53,864 nt of DNA from a virus (IMGVR_UViG_3300034068_000313:1-53864); one strand, 5' to 3'. Counted from the first letter of the stretch, positions 8,466 through 18,140 are shown. Numbers and translations are program-made. The notes: a model not told the origin generated them from the letters alone.

Positions 8466-8815
8466 TAGAAAGACCGCGCAACACCAAGACCAAGTACCGC
8501 ACATTGCTGCCCGTACTCGTCTCTGCGTATGTCTACTTCCATGACAGGCCGTGTGAAGCCGTCAGCAGTTGTTACGGTGTCGTCAACATTCGCCGCCACT
8601 GTGGTCGATGGAATGTAGATTCGGTATTCAATCTTTTGATCGTTAGTCGTGAGGTCACGTTTAGAACCTGTGATGCGATGAACGAACGCGGTATAAGAAG
8701 TACCCGACCCGTACTGGAGTTCTCCGTAAGTGTTATATGAAGTCTTAGCAGTGAGCGTCACCGACTCATTGCACATCGCTTTCATCTCTAAAGAGAAGTC
8801 GTTAGCGGCCGTCAC
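8465..8815 (-). CDS. Head closure / stopper protein
   Basis: Beta-rich 116 aa between the adaptor and neck genes. Confidence 0.65.
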   Translation of the reverse strand: MTAANDFSLEMKAMCNESVTLTAKTSYNTYGELQYGSGTSYTAFVHRITGSKRDLTTNDQKIEYRIYIPSTTVAANVDDTVTTADGFTRPVMEVDIRRDEYGQQCAVLGLGVARSF

Positions 8816-9303
8816 GTGTCAGCACCCGGTCCAAAGAGTTGAACACCCGACGCGAGGTTCATGTTGCCGCCGTCGGCTACGTCTTGGAATTGTCCTGACG
8901 CAAACCAACTACGGAAGAGGTCACTGTTGTCTTGGTCGATTTCTTTGTCACTGATCGATATGCCACCAGCGTACGGAATAGGTGTGAAGTTCTGTGATAC
9001 AGCCAACGAGTTGAAGTGTGCTGCTTGTGTGAGATAACCCTGAGCCTTCTGACTGAACTTGACGTTGAGGTCACCGATCTGCTTATCAGCGAGGCGTGCC
9101 AACTTAGAAGCAATGGTCAAGCAGCAACGGTACGCGGCGTCATACAAAGCGTTGACGCCTGTTGATGTACCTGATGCTTCAGTATTGACCCAAAGAATCT
9201 CCTCGTTGCTTAGGAGTTGGTCTGTTGTGTCAGTATCACCGATGAGGAATCGGATTGCGTCTTTAGCGTTAGCCGACGGGTCGCCACCATAAGTCCATGT
9301 CAT
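8812..9303 (-). CDS. Head-to-tail adaptor
   Basis: WTYGGDP…IRFLIGDTD…LLSNEEI…IGDLNVKFSQ pattern. Confidence 0.8.
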   Translation of the reverse strand: MTWTYGGDPSANAKDAIRFLIGDTDTTDQLLSNEEILWVNTEASGTSTGVNALYDAAYRCCLTIASKLARLADKQIGDLNVKFSQKAQGYLTQAAHFNSLAVSQNFTPIPYAGGISISDKEIDQDNSDLFRSWFASGQFQDVADGGNMNLASGVQLFGPGADT

Positions 9304-9309
9304 TAGTGA

Positions 9310-9612
9310 TCACCGATACAGAATCGAACCAGTGGGCGTACCTGTAACTACGTCGACATAGACACCGTTCGGGCAAGCGACACCGTTCGGCCCATACCAT
9401 ACGTTGCCAGCAGTCAAAGTTGCTTGAGACAAACCTGCGATGATTGGATTCGCCGCATCAGCAGATGCACCATTATGAACGTGAATACGATTAGCCGCAC
9501 CCGACTCGTTGACAAGAACGACACCGAGAAACACCTTTGCGTCAGCGATCGCCTGATCACTACCCGTAAGAGCGACTGACTTGACGGGGCTTGTGTTGCT
9601 TGTGTTGTTCAT
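9310..9612 (-). CDS. Putative virion structural protein
   Basis: GGAG RBS; small beta-rich protein in the head module. Confidence 0.65.
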   Translation of the reverse strand: MNNTSNTSPVKSVALTGSDQAIADAKVFLGVVLVNESGAANRIHVHNGASADAANPIIAGLSQATLTAGNVWYGPNGVACPNGVYVDVVTGTPTGSILYR

Positions 9613-9634
9613 GAGTTATCTCCGTGAATGACTA

Positions 9635-9672
9635 AGGCCGAGACTGATGCGTTCTAGCACCAGTCTCGGCCT
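9635..9672 (-). terminator. Strong hairpin downstream of the capsid genes (terminator or attenuator without U-tract)
   Basis: AGGCCGAGACTG / CAGTCTCGGCCT 12-bp perfect stem, extendable with a G-U pair on the minus-strand RNA. Confidence 0.65.
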
Positions 9673-9693
9673 GAGTGCCGTAGTTGAGTTGTA

Positions 9694-10119
9694 TTACTTG
9701 CGGTAGAAGGTAACGCCTGATGTCGAGTCGTAGCGAACGTACCAAGTACCTGACGTTGCCGCAGGTACAGTCGCAGCACCAACAAGGGTCACGCCCGTTG
9801 CACCAGCAACAAGAGTGATCGTTGCGGCTGATGCGGCAAGGTTCACAATCGTGAACTCTGTGCAGTCGCCTACTTGTTCACCAGCGAGCAGAGCAATGAT
9901 GTCAGCACCAATCGCAGTTGTTACGTTGCGAGCAGTCGTTGGTGTTGAAGTGACAAGAGTGTTCGTAACGATATGAGCCGCAGTAGCAACCATCGACGCA
10001 CCATCAGCGATAGTTGCCGCAGTGCGCTTGACGCTGGCAGTGCCACGCAAACGTGCTGGACCTGTTACATCAAGAGCACCAACGAGAGCAGTACCACGAG
10101 TGAGTCGATTGAAAGCCAT
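9694..10119 (-). CDS. Putative capsid decoration / head fibre protein
   Basis: Ala/Thr-rich, directly after the major capsid gene; AGGAG RBS. Confidence 0.6.
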   Translation of the reverse strand: MAFNRLTRGTALVGALDVTGPARLRGTASVKRTAATIADGASMVATAAHIVTNTLVTSTPTTARNVTTAIGADIIALLAGEQVGDCTEFTIVNLAASAATITLVAGATGVTLVGAATVPAATSGTWYVRYDSTSGVTFYRK

Positions 10120-10131
10120 GTCAGTCTCCTA

Positions 10132-11082
10132 TCAGGCCGAAACAGGGTTGCTGAAGAAGTAGCCGAGTGAAGTTGAAACGGCCTTGAAGTCCCAAGCCGA
10201 TTCGATTTCAAGACGGTCAGCACGGAGATGGTCCATACGGAAGCGGCTCACAGCAGTTGAAGTACCGAGGCCACCGCCAACACCACTCCACACGAAGTTG
10301 TATCCAGCAGAAGCGGTCATCAAACCAGCCGACGGTGCGACGTAGCACAACAGTGCGTCCTTGTCACCCATCTGTGCGTACGATGCCGAAGCACCTTCTT
10401 GCGCCGAGTTGTACACGCCCTTCATGACCATCACGCGAGGCACATCGAGCACCTTGCCGATGAGTTCAGGAGTGATGCTGTCTGCTGAGGTGTACTTGTA
10501 ACGGTCGACGAAGTCGCTGTGGTTACGGAGAGTCTTGTAGGCAGCGTATGAAAGCACCAACGTGTTAGGCAGGTAGCCAGTGTTGCTCAAGACGGTGTTG
10601 ACACCAGTCTGAATGTCACCGATTGGGTCGGAGCCTGAAGCGTCCCACAACGTCGACGGAGTGTTGTCAGTTCCCCAAACAGAGGTGGTGAAGAACTTGC
10701 TAGCCCAATCGCGTTCCTGACGGATCATCATTTGATGAGCCAAGAACTTGGTGGCGTCCATGTCGGGGTTCAACGGTGAATCGCTGTTCGCACGAACTTG
10801 GTCGCCGATGTCCTTGTGCAATGCCCACACCTGTGAGGAGTAGGTCGAAGTCGACAAGGAGTAACCGCTACCTGCGGACTCGGTTCCGTCTGCACGGTAC
10901 TGAGCCTGATCACGGTAGAAGTCAGCCTGCGAGTACGTGAAGTACAAGTCGCTCTGCTTCGTAACGGGAACAGTGGGGAACACCTTTGACGCAACGAAGT
11001 TGTCTGCCTCGTTCATGAAAGCGACGCTCAAGTTGGTGAGCACCGCATCAATATGGACTTGGTTCTGAGTGGGCTGTGCCAT
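10132..11082 (-). CDS. Major capsid protein
   Basis: HIDAVLTNLSVA…FPTVPV…SDPIGDI…PNTLVL pattern of HK97-fold capsids; 316 aa. Confidence 0.92.
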   Translation of the reverse strand: MAQPTQNQVHIDAVLTNLSVAFMNEADNFVASKVFPTVPVTKQSDLYFTYSQADFYRDQAQYRADGTESAGSGYSLSTSTYSSQVWALHKDIGDQVRANSDSPLNPDMDATKFLAHQMMIRQERDWASKFFTTSVWGTDNTPSTLWDASGSDPIGDIQTGVNTVLSNTGYLPNTLVLSYAAYKTLRNHSDFVDRYKYTSADSITPELIGKVLDVPRVMVMKGVYNSAQEGASASYAQMGDKDALLCYVAPSAGLMTASAGYNFVWSGVGGGLGTSTAVSRFRMDHLRADRLEIESAWDFKAVSTSLGYFFSNPVSA

Positions 11083-11102
11083 GACTGGTTCTTCTTTCTA
11101 GA

Positions 11103-11486
11103 TCAGACGAATCGTGAGTTGGTGATGTTGATGAAAGCAGTGACGGTGTTGCCAGCCGCGCCTGCTTCAATTGCTTGACCGCAGACGTACTTGGTTGTGT
11201 CGCTTGAGGTATACACAGCGGCTTGACCGTCAGCAGAGGTTCCGAGGAGATCGCCTGCGGCAGTGGTGCCGTCAGAACTCAACTTGGAGATACCGAAGAG
11301 AACAATCTCGGCGGCTTGACCACTCTTCGGGGTGTTCTGCAACACGCCGATCGGCTTGTCTGTAACACCCGAGCAAACGTTCACAGTCGTGGCAGAAGCC
11401 AACTTGACGAAGTAGAACTGCTTTGCAGATAGGTCGGCAGCGGCAACGAGGTTACCGAGTTTGATTTGTGCGCCTTCGTAAGCCAT
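11103..11486 (-). CDS. Capsid cement / decoration protein (DUF2190-like)
   Basis: AAADLS…FVKL…PIGVLQN.P..G..A motif; between scaffold and capsid genes. Confidence 0.75.
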   Translation of the reverse strand: MAYEGAQIKLGNLVAAADLSAKQFYFVKLASATTVNVCSGVTDKPIGVLQNTPKSGQAAEIVLFGISKLSSDGTTAAGDLLGTSADGQAAVYTSSDTTKYVCGQAIEAGAAGNTVTAFINITNSRFV

Positions 11487-11488
11487 GT

Positions 11489-12130
11489 TCAGCGGCCTTT
11501 CTCGATGAGGTATTGGTTGTAGAGGTCCTTGTTGTTCTCAGACACGATCGAAACAGCCTTCGCGAAAGAAGGTGCGCGACCGTCAGAGACGAGTTGCTGT
11601 GCCTGTGCTTGGATTGTGTCCCAAGCGGAGACGACGTCATTGCTTGACGACGTACCGATCTCCTTGAGCAACCCTGACTCGTTCAAGGCACGAGCCGAAG
11701 CGTCGAGGACCTTTTCGATGATGGTTGCTTCTAACGGCATGACTTCACGGATAGCGCAAAGTACAGGTGCGAATTCGGCTGGGTTCATTTCGGGCAAGTT
11801 CACCCAAGCGTTAGCGGTGTCGACAGCCTTTTCGAGTTCACGCTGCTTCTGCAATTCAACCTTCTCGGCGTTTGCGTCTGCGAGTGCTTTGCGAAGGTCA
11901 GTCAATTCCTTGCGGATGTCTTCGAGGTCGATGGCCTTCTCAACGGCATCGACGGCCTTTTCGGTGGCTTCAAGTTCCACAGGTATCTCCTTGGTTGTAG
12001 TCACTGCTTCGAGTGCGTTGTCAAGATCAGCAGACTTCATCACTAACCAACCCTCGTGAAGGTGAGCGGGGTGATCTACTCCGCTGGTTTCCTTCACCAT
12101 CAGTTCGGTGAGTTTCATTCGTCGTGCCAT
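11489..12130 (-). CDS. Scaffolding protein carrying an N-terminal prohead-protease strand
   Basis: MARRMKLTELMVKETSGVDHPAH resembles the E-v-S-l-V-D-x-P-A protease strand; coiled-coil body; upstream of the capsid genes. Confidence 0.75.
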   Translation of the reverse strand: MARRMKLTELMVKETSGVDHPAHLHEGWLVMKSADLDNALEAVTTTKEIPVELEATEKAVDAVEKAIDLEDIRKELTDLRKALADANAEKVELQKQRELEKAVDTANAWVNLPEMNPAEFAPVLCAIREVMPLEATIIEKVLDASARALNESGLLKEIGTSSSNDVVSAWDTIQAQAQQLVSDGRAPSFAKAVSIVSENNKDLYNQYLIEKGR

Positions 12131-12225
12131 TGCTTGATGACTGTAGCGAATGGGATCTTTGATCCGTTGTAAGTCCTGAAAGAAACTTCCAACGACGCAA
12201 CATGGTCGTGCGGTATCTTCTGTCA

Positions 12226-12438
12226 ATGCGACTGCCTAGGTACTTATGCCTTATCTCAACCATGAGCACCCTGTTCGTTAGTAGTGCGATGTTCACTGCT
12301 TGTGGTTTCAATGGCACTTACCGTTACTCGTGTCAGGACCCAAAGAATTGGGAGAAAACAGAGTGCAAGCCACCGACCTGCGTGCCATCGGGCGAGTGTT
12401 CAGAGAGCCTCGTGTGGGGTGAGCCTGATGGCCCGTAA
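12226..12438 (+). CDS. Small Cys-rich lipoprotein
   Basis: Lipobox FTAC, then YRYSCQDPKNW…C.PP.C…G.C; start uncertain. Confidence 0.6.
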   Translation: MRLPRYLCLISTMSTLFVSSAMFTACGFNGTYRYSCQDPKNWEKTECKPPTCVPSGECSESLVWGEPDGP

Positions 12439-12724
12439 GCGTTACGCGCCCGAGGAGATACACGCACGGCTCGTACTCACTGTAGGTGTTGCTCTGTGCT
12501 TCACGTTCGTAGTGATCGTCATTGCGGTGCTATGGGCTTTGGTGTTCGTAACGCAACCGATGACTCAATCACCTAACGACAAAGCCTTCCTCGACGGTGT
12601 ACTCGTACCCATCACCCTGTTCTTGACTGGCGCTTTGAGTGGCGTGCTGGCGAGCAACGGACTGAAGTCCAAGCCACAACCACAACGGCGGGACATGATT
12701 CCTGACGACGAGTTGTTCCGCTAG
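12428..12724 (+). CDS. Two-TM membrane protein
   Basis: MARKRYAPEEIHARL…; two hydrophobic helices; overlaps the lipoprotein gene. Confidence 0.7.
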   Translation: MARKRYAPEEIHARLVLTVGVALCFTFVVIVIAVLWALVFVTQPMTQSPNDKAFLDGVLVPITLFLTGALSGVLASNGLKSKPQPQRRDMIPDDELFR

Positions 12725-12999
12725 TCGTTGATTGTTTCAAGCGGTAGAAGTGTTGACACTTTCAAGCGGTCAATTCGTTTGACCATTCCGTTCGGTATCG
12801 CTATCACGTGGTCGATGTGGTTGCTTTCGTCCATGATGATTGACTGTGAGATCACAACGTGGTTCGCCTTGACGCCAGCGATGAGGTAACCAATCGAAGT
12901 AACGATGCAGGGTTCGTTGTCTAGGTCGTCACGGGTAGTCCACGTCTCCGACACGGCGTGAGCGTCGTGCCACGTCACTTGAATGAGTTGATGTTTCAC
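12721..12999 (-). CDS. Conserved hypothetical protein
   Basis: VTWHDAH…SIGYLI…IP.GMV pattern; coupled to the phosphoesterase gene. Confidence 0.7.
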   Translation of the reverse strand: MKHQLIQVTWHDAHAVSETWTTRDDLDNEPCIVTSIGYLIAGVKANHVVISQSIIMDESNHIDHVIAIPNGMVKRIDRLKVSTLLPLETIND

Positions 13000-14147
13000 G
13001 CCTTGTACTCCTTACCTCGATACATTGCCCAGCCGTCGTGAATCGCTATTTGCTCATAGCAGAAGCGACCCGACTCAGGGTCGTAGGGAATGACCGCCAG
13101 CCCTTGCTGCCAATCTTCGTATCGTGTGAGTGGTCGCCCGTTGAGGTCTGTTCCACCACGTGTGCTTGGTACTGCGCCGTCGACTCGGCATAGGCAACCC
13201 GGACTAGCGGCTAGGACTGTACGTGGTCCGTCGTGGTCCTCGCGTGTCCGTTCTGCCCATTCACGTCGATGAATGTGTCCGTAGATGACTGACGACTTTT
13301 CTTGACCGAGGTACTTGTGCGCTGTTGAGCCACCGCTCGCAACCCTGTCGCCGTGGATAACTCTTAGACGCTCGGTAATCCATACGCTTGACGCTGGGTA
13401 TCCGGGTCTGTACTCAATGTCGACCTCATCAAGACGACAGAGAAACGGTACAGACATCACAGGCCATGACTCGGGTAGCGCACCACGCTTGAGACCAAAC
13501 GCAGCAGAGGCGTTCTGTAGTAAGAACTTCGGCAAGCGTTCCTCGTGGTTGCCAGCCAGCCAAATGATCTTTGCGTTCGGGGCTGCGGCTCGAATCTGTG
13601 CGGCGAGTGTTGTTGCCCTGTCGATCGTTGCTTGTGTTGTTTGTTGGTAAGCCTTAGTCACGATGTACTTGCCGAGTTCAGCGAAGTCAAGGTTGTCGCC
13701 AACGAGCACAACAAGGTCAGGATTGACGTCAGCCAAGATGGACAACGCAACACTGATCGCGCGCTCATCGTGTATTGCCTCAAGTGAACCATCTACAGCG
13801 GAGAAGTATCCGCATTGAATGTCAGGGAGCACAACAGCGACAGGCCAACCCGACTTCGCTTTGGTTGCTTTCGCTGCGGGGAGTTTGACTGCTGGACCCT
13901 GTTGAACGACAGGCCACTCAGGACCCGTCTCCCATTTCGGTGAGAACTGAACGCCTGTGAGGTCGTGTACTGACGCTTCGCCTGTCTCTGTGTCCTTTGT
14001 GACTGCTTGATACAGTGACACCCTTTTGATCGCACCGATCTCATCGATGTCTATTCCGTTGCGTTCTAAGAGTTCCGCGATACGCCCTAACGACAGGCGC
14101 TTGGCACCCGCCGAGTTTTCTTTGTCGATGTCATCTCTAAGACTCAC
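12996..14147 (-). CDS. Calcineurin-like metallophosphoesterase
   Basis: PDIQ, GDNLD, GNHE, HGD and GHIH motifs. Confidence 0.88.
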   Translation of the reverse strand: MSLRDDIDKENSAGAKRLSLGRIAELLERNGIDIDEIGAIKRVSLYQAVTKDTETGEASVHDLTGVQFSPKWETGPEWPVVQQGPAVKLPAAKATKAKSGWPVAVVLPDIQCGYFSAVDGSLEAIHDERAISVALSILADVNPDLVVLVGDNLDFAELGKYIVTKAYQQTTQATIDRATTLAAQIRAAAPNAKIIWLAGNHEERLPKFLLQNASAAFGLKRGALPESWPVMSVPFLCRLDEVDIEYRPGYPASSVWITERLRVIHGDRVASGGSTAHKYLGQEKSSVIYGHIHRREWAERTREDHDGPRTVLAASPGCLCRVDGAVPSTRGGTDLNGRPLTRYEDWQQGLAVIPYDPESGRFCYEQIAIHDGWAMYRGKEYKA

Positions 14148-14385
14148 AAGCACAATCCCCTCGCCTGTGTCGCTTGAGCATTTCGATTGACACTGTGATG
14201 TCTCTGTCAGCAAGAGCGAGTGAGATTGACCTGTTGGTAATCGAACGATCTATCAACGCTGCCTTCAAGTCTTCGTTATCAACGCCGACCAATTTGTCGA
14301 GCGCGAGTTGAACACCGCAGACGCGTGGACCGTGTGACTTGCCGTAATCACGTATTGAACTAGACAGACTTTCTTTGTCAGGCAT
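14137..14385 (-). CDS. Small putative DNA-binding protein
   Basis: C…HRRGDCAC metal ligands around an HTH-like segment. Confidence 0.65.
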   Translation of the reverse strand: MPDKESLSSSIRDYGKSHGPRVCGVQLALDKLVGVDNEDLKAALIDRSITNRSISLALADRDITVSIEMLKRHRRGDCACES

Positions 14386-14447
14386 CTCAGTCCGATCTCT
14401 TCACGATTGGGTGAGCGTATCAAATCAGGACGTCAATACGCTTGATG

Positions 14448-14651
14448 TCAGTGACAGGCACACTCGTTGTCGTGGCAGTAATAGGCTCGGTCGTCGTTCC
14501 ATTTGTGAATGCGACTGTCGTGATCGCTGTCGGGGTAGTACACGTTGTTGATGTAGTTCACGACTTCGTTGATGGTTGCGTGCCATTCAGTTGCGTTGTG
14601 GTAGGCAACGCGGCTTGGGTCGTCGTCGTAGATGCTTCTTGTGGGAGCCAT
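14448..14651 (-). CDS. Possible small D/N/H/Y-rich protein
   Basis: GAGAGGGG upstream; competes with an overlapping Thr-rich frame. Confidence 0.35.
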   Translation of the reverse strand: MAPTRSIYDDDPSRVAYHNATEWHATINEVVNYINNVYYPDSDHDSRIHKWNDDRAYYCHDNECACH

Positions 14652-14864
14652 GCCGCCACCCCTCTCGTCGTCGTTGGCGGCTCAAGGGTAGTTGCGGACG
14701 CTGGCTCTGTGGTTGTAGCCGTTGCAGTGGGCGACGTACGTTGCTCTGTAGCACGCGTAGAACGCGCTGTACGCGCCGCAAGGGGACAGAGACGGGCATT
14801 AGGCCATTCGAGGACGCCCAGCGTACAGGGGCGAATATGGCTACCGTAGGTCAAATATGGGGGA

Positions 14865-14947
14865 TATGCAGGGCAAATACAAACATCAAAATTCTTTGCC
14901 GTAAAGGTTGAACTCCCGTACGCCCGTCGGCATACAATGGGGGTATG
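14865..14947 (+). promoter_or_regulatory. Promoter P2 (TTGAAC-19-TACAAT), leaderless, with upstream TATGCAGGG box
   Basis: -10 at 14933..14938, then GGGGGT ATG; TGGGGGTATGACAAACACCAC is identical to P1. Confidence 0.75.
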
Positions 14948-15781
14948 ACAAACACCACATCCAACACCGACCTATCCACAATGACCCCGAAGGCCATCGA
15001 CGAATTGCTACTTGAGTTGTGGCGCGAGCAGGACGCACTTGCTTACGCAATGAACAACCTGTTGTACAAGGCGACCCGCTTGGACAATTACAGCGACGAC
15101 AGCGACGGCGTCGTCGTGTACTTGAACCACACTGTGAAGAGCGTGGGCTGGGGTCCGACGAGCCGCAACAAGATGTACGTGCTTCGCACAGACTTCGATG
15201 CCTCGCCGTTCGAAGTCATCACGTACCACGACGGAAGCACCCGCAACTCACGACGCAACTCGAACAACGAAGTGAACGCCGCCGCTTACGAGTACCTCGC
15301 CGACAAGGCCATCACAGCCGAGGACGCAATCCACTTCATTGACAAGAACGACGCGCGCGCAGAGGGAATGGCAGTCACGGAGAACTTGAATCGTGGCGAA
15401 GAGATCAAGCACTTGATCATGATGATCAACAACGAGTTCAACGCACGTGGCGGCTGGAGCCGTTACTTCCTCGTGACCTCCAGCAACGGACACATTCACC
15501 AAAGCACCTCATGCCACACTTGCAACAAGGGTAAGAACGCCACGACGTTCGCCTTGGTGTACCACTTGAGCGGTGAGACAGCCGACCGCGCCGTTGAAGT
15601 GTTCGGACCAGCGTTGTGCTCGGCCTGCTACCCGCAAGCACCTGTTGAGTCACGCGAGCAGGGCAAGGTCACTACGAGCCTCGCAAGCGTGTACTACGAC
15701 GAAGGCTACGAAGGCTGGTTGCGTGCGAAGGCTGTTGCCGACGCTCGCAAGGCCAAGCGTGACGCAAAGGTCGGTGCCTGA
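14945..15781 (+). CDS. Hypothetical protein with C-terminal metal-binding domain (first gene of cassette 2)
   Basis: GHIH…CHTC…LCSACYP motif; 278 aa. Confidence 0.8.
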   Translation: MTNTTSNTDLSTMTPKAIDELLLELWREQDALAYAMNNLLYKATRLDNYSDDSDGVVVYLNHTVKSVGWGPTSRNKMYVLRTDFDASPFEVITYHDGSTRNSRRNSNNEVNAAAYEYLADKAITAEDAIHFIDKNDARAEGMAVTENLNRGEEIKHLIMMINNEFNARGGWSRYFLVTSSNGHIHQSTSCHTCNKGKNATTFALVYHLSGETADRAVEVFGPALCSACYPQAPVESREQGKVTTSLASVYYDEGYEGWLRAKAVADARKAKRDAKVGA

Positions 15782-15782
15782 G

Positions 15783-16154
15783 ATGAGCCACGTTGACGAA
15801 GTAGCCCGCGCGAACGAGGAGCGTCGCGCGGGACACATCAACATCTTCATTCCGCAGACTTTGGCTTCGTTGAAGATCAGGCCACAGACCGTCGTTCGAG
15901 TTTTGATGACCATCACGAACGGTCGCACGTACCGCTTGGAAGAAATGACATGGCAGGAAGTTGCGGCTGCTCTTGAGAACTTTGACAAGCGCGCACGGTC
16001 ACAACACAGCAAGGTCAAGCGTGAAGCGTTGAAGGCTGACGGCAAGTGCTTGCGTTGCGGCGGTGCTGGTCAGGCCGACAAGTGGACTCGTACTGGTCTC
16101 ACTTGCTACTCATGCAATGGGAGTGGCACAGCCACCCCCGAAGTAAAGTTCTAA
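15783..16154 (+). CDS. Hypothetical protein with DnaJ-type CxxCxGxG zinc finger
   Basis: CLRCGGAG…CYSCNGSG. Confidence 0.75.
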   Translation: MSHVDEVARANEERRAGHINIFIPQTLASLKIRPQTVVRVLMTITNGRTYRLEEMTWQEVAAALENFDKRARSQHSKVKREALKADGKCLRCGGAGQADKWTRTGLTCYSCNGSGTATPEVKF

Positions 16155-16185
16155 CAACACCACAAACACAAACAGGAGAAACATC

Positions 16186-16386
16186 ATGAAGTATGCAATC
16201 ACAATCACAAGTTCAAGAACAAAGAAGATCAAGTTCCTTCACTCATATCGATCAGGCTTACAAGCACGCATCACGACCACGACAGAGTTTGCGAACGCTC
16301 GCAAGTTTGCGACAGAGACTGACGCACAAGAGTTCATCAACAAGAACGCAGGGTACTTCGGGTGCAGATTCGAGGTCGCTTCATGA
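16186..16386 (+). CDS. Hypothetical protein
   Basis: ACAGGAGA RBS. Confidence 0.7.
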   Translation: MKYAITITSSRTKKIKFLHSYRSGLQARITTTTEFANARKFATETDAQEFINKNAGYFGCRFEVAS

Positions 16387-16952
16387 ATACCACAACCAAC
16401 AATCAACAACAGGAGAACACCATCATGACAGATGCACTGATAACGATTGCGATGAACAACATCGCACAGGAGACGGACAGGCTCGCACTTGACGTCGACG
16501 ATGCCAAAGCCACACTCACCCTTGAACAACTCACGACGTTGATGGATTGGTGTGACTCGCTACGAAAGACATTGAGCGTGATCTCACGTGAGGCACTTAT
16601 GGCGGCAGCGGACAAGTTCCCACGTGACGGCAAACAGATCACGTGGCACAACGCCAACAATGAGAAGTTCGTTACTGAACTGAAGCACTCGTCGGTACGA
16701 ACATCTGTTCAACGTGACGCCTTGTACAAAGCCGTGAAAGAGACCGCCCGAGTCATTGACACGGAGACAGGCGAAGTCACCGAGGACTTACGTGGCCTCG
16801 TGGACACGATCGAAAAGACCTTCCGCTTCGAGCCACGCTGGACAGAGATCCAAGCGTTAGGGATTGACCCCGACGAGTTCTGTACCACAAAGCGCGAGCC
16901 GAAGATAACAACCACCAAACTCAACGAAACAGAAACAGGAGAAGCGTTCTAA
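16383..16952 (+). CDS. Hypothetical protein
   Basis: Coupled ATG at 16383; second RBS-led ATG at 16425. Confidence 0.75.
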   Translation: MNTTTNNQQQENTIMTDALITIAMNNIAQETDRLALDVDDAKATLTLEQLTTLMDWCDSLRKTLSVISREALMAAADKFPRDGKQITWHNANNEKFVTELKHSSVRTSVQRDALYKAVKETARVIDTETGEVTEDLRGLVDTIEKTFRFEPRWTEIQALGIDPDEFCTTKREPKITTTKLNETETGEAF

Positions 16953-17176
16953 TGAAACACAAAGTATTCGAAGCCGAGCCGATCACGTACGTCGATGGAC
17001 GTGTCAAATGGATTGTGAGTGATGACCGTTGGGATATCAACGACATCACTTGCGCTAACAAAGAGCACGCCGTACGCGTAGCCGCAGCGTTGAACGCAAT
17101 GGTCAAACACGGGTTGTCACAGCAACACGCTGAACTGATCGCTCGCGAACTGCGTACACGAAAGGTTGGTGCGTGA
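16952..17176 (+). CDS. Hypothetical protein
   Basis: ACAGGAGA RBS; TAATG overlap. Confidence 0.7.
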   Translation: MKHKVFEAEPITYVDGRVKWIVSDDRWDINDITCANKEHAVRVAAALNAMVKHGLSQQHAELIARELRTRKVGA

Positions 17177-17664
17177 TGGGTCTCGACAACTTCCCTCACT
17201 CGTACCCGTGCCGTACTCAGGACACAGCCGTCATGGCGTACCGCTTGGACCGAAACGGTGACAAGATCAAAGACGAGAACGGTGTCTTTGACAAACAGAT
17301 TGACTGCAAGGCAACTCAAGCGGCGGGCGGCTGTCCGTTGTTCAACGATGAGACGCGGCCTGAGACTGGTGCTGTGTATGGAATGTTCTCAACTGATTGT
17401 TGGTACAGAGGCAAGTACGGGAACTTCTTGGTAGACGACCTTGGACTCGATACGAACGTTCTGTACGGCAACGACGAGTGCCATCTCGACGAGCAGTCGT
17501 GTGTTGAGTTCGCCGATGAGATACAAGTCGAACTCGACGCACGTATCGCCAAGGACGGTTTCGTGATGATCAATGACGAGGACCACACTGACGAGGTTCG
17601 CTATCTTGTTTGGTGGCTCAACTGGTGTGCCAAGTACGGAGATGGAATTGGAGCGTGGTACTGA
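17176..17664 (+). CDS. Hypothetical protein
   Basis: MGLD…WYRGK…WLNWC pattern; TGATG overlap. Confidence 0.75.
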   Translation: MGLDNFPHSYPCRTQDTAVMAYRLDRNGDKIKDENGVFDKQIDCKATQAAGGCPLFNDETRPETGAVYGMFSTDCWYRGKYGNFLVDDLGLDTNVLYGNDECHLDEQSCVEFADEIQVELDARIAKDGFVMINDEDHTDEVRYLVWWLNWCAKYGDGIGAWY

Positions 17665-18140
17665 TGGGCGCAGATGCTTTCTACACAATCGCCAAAGCCG
17701 ACACAGCCGAGGCAGCGTTTGACATTGCGAAGCAGGAAGCGTATTGGGACTTCGGTCATGCTGGGTACACAGGAACGATCGCAGAGAAACCCGGGTTCAT
17801 TGTTGCTTGGGATTACACGCACGAGCAACCTCACGCGCTCGCTTCGTTTGTTGGTGATGACGGTGATGCAATGATCTATGCGTTGCACGCCGTAGCCGAC
17901 ATCCGTCCGACAACACTTGACGACTTCAAGAATGAGTACGACGCAGGCAACAAGCGTTGGTGCGAAACGGAGTTGCAGTGGGAACAGAAGGGCTACACAA
18001 GCCTCGCTGCGTTGCTGTCGATTGTGCCTGCTCAGACTGTCGAGTATTGGTACAAAGTCTTTTGGTCGAAGTGGGACGAAGCGTTGTGCGTGCCACTGGC
18101 TAACGGGTCGTTTCTTTTCTGTGGGTACGCATCGTCCTAG
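17664..18140 (+). CDS. Hypothetical protein
   Basis: MGA…GHAGYTGTIAEK…KW..ALC…FLFCGYASS; TGATG overlap. Confidence 0.75.
   Translation: MGADAFYTIAKADTAEAAFDIAKQEAYWDFGHAGYTGTIAEKPGFIVAWDYTHEQPHALASFVGDDGDAMIYALHAVADIRPTTLDDFKNEYDAGNKRWCETELQWEQKGYTSLAALLSIVPAQTVEYWYKVFWSKWDEALCVPLANGSFLFCGYASS

Noticed and set aside
14558-14560. Stop-codon reassignment suggested by a Thr-rich frame continuing past TGA
   Set aside because: TGA, TAA and TAG all end well-defined genes, often in ATGA overlaps, so the standard code applies
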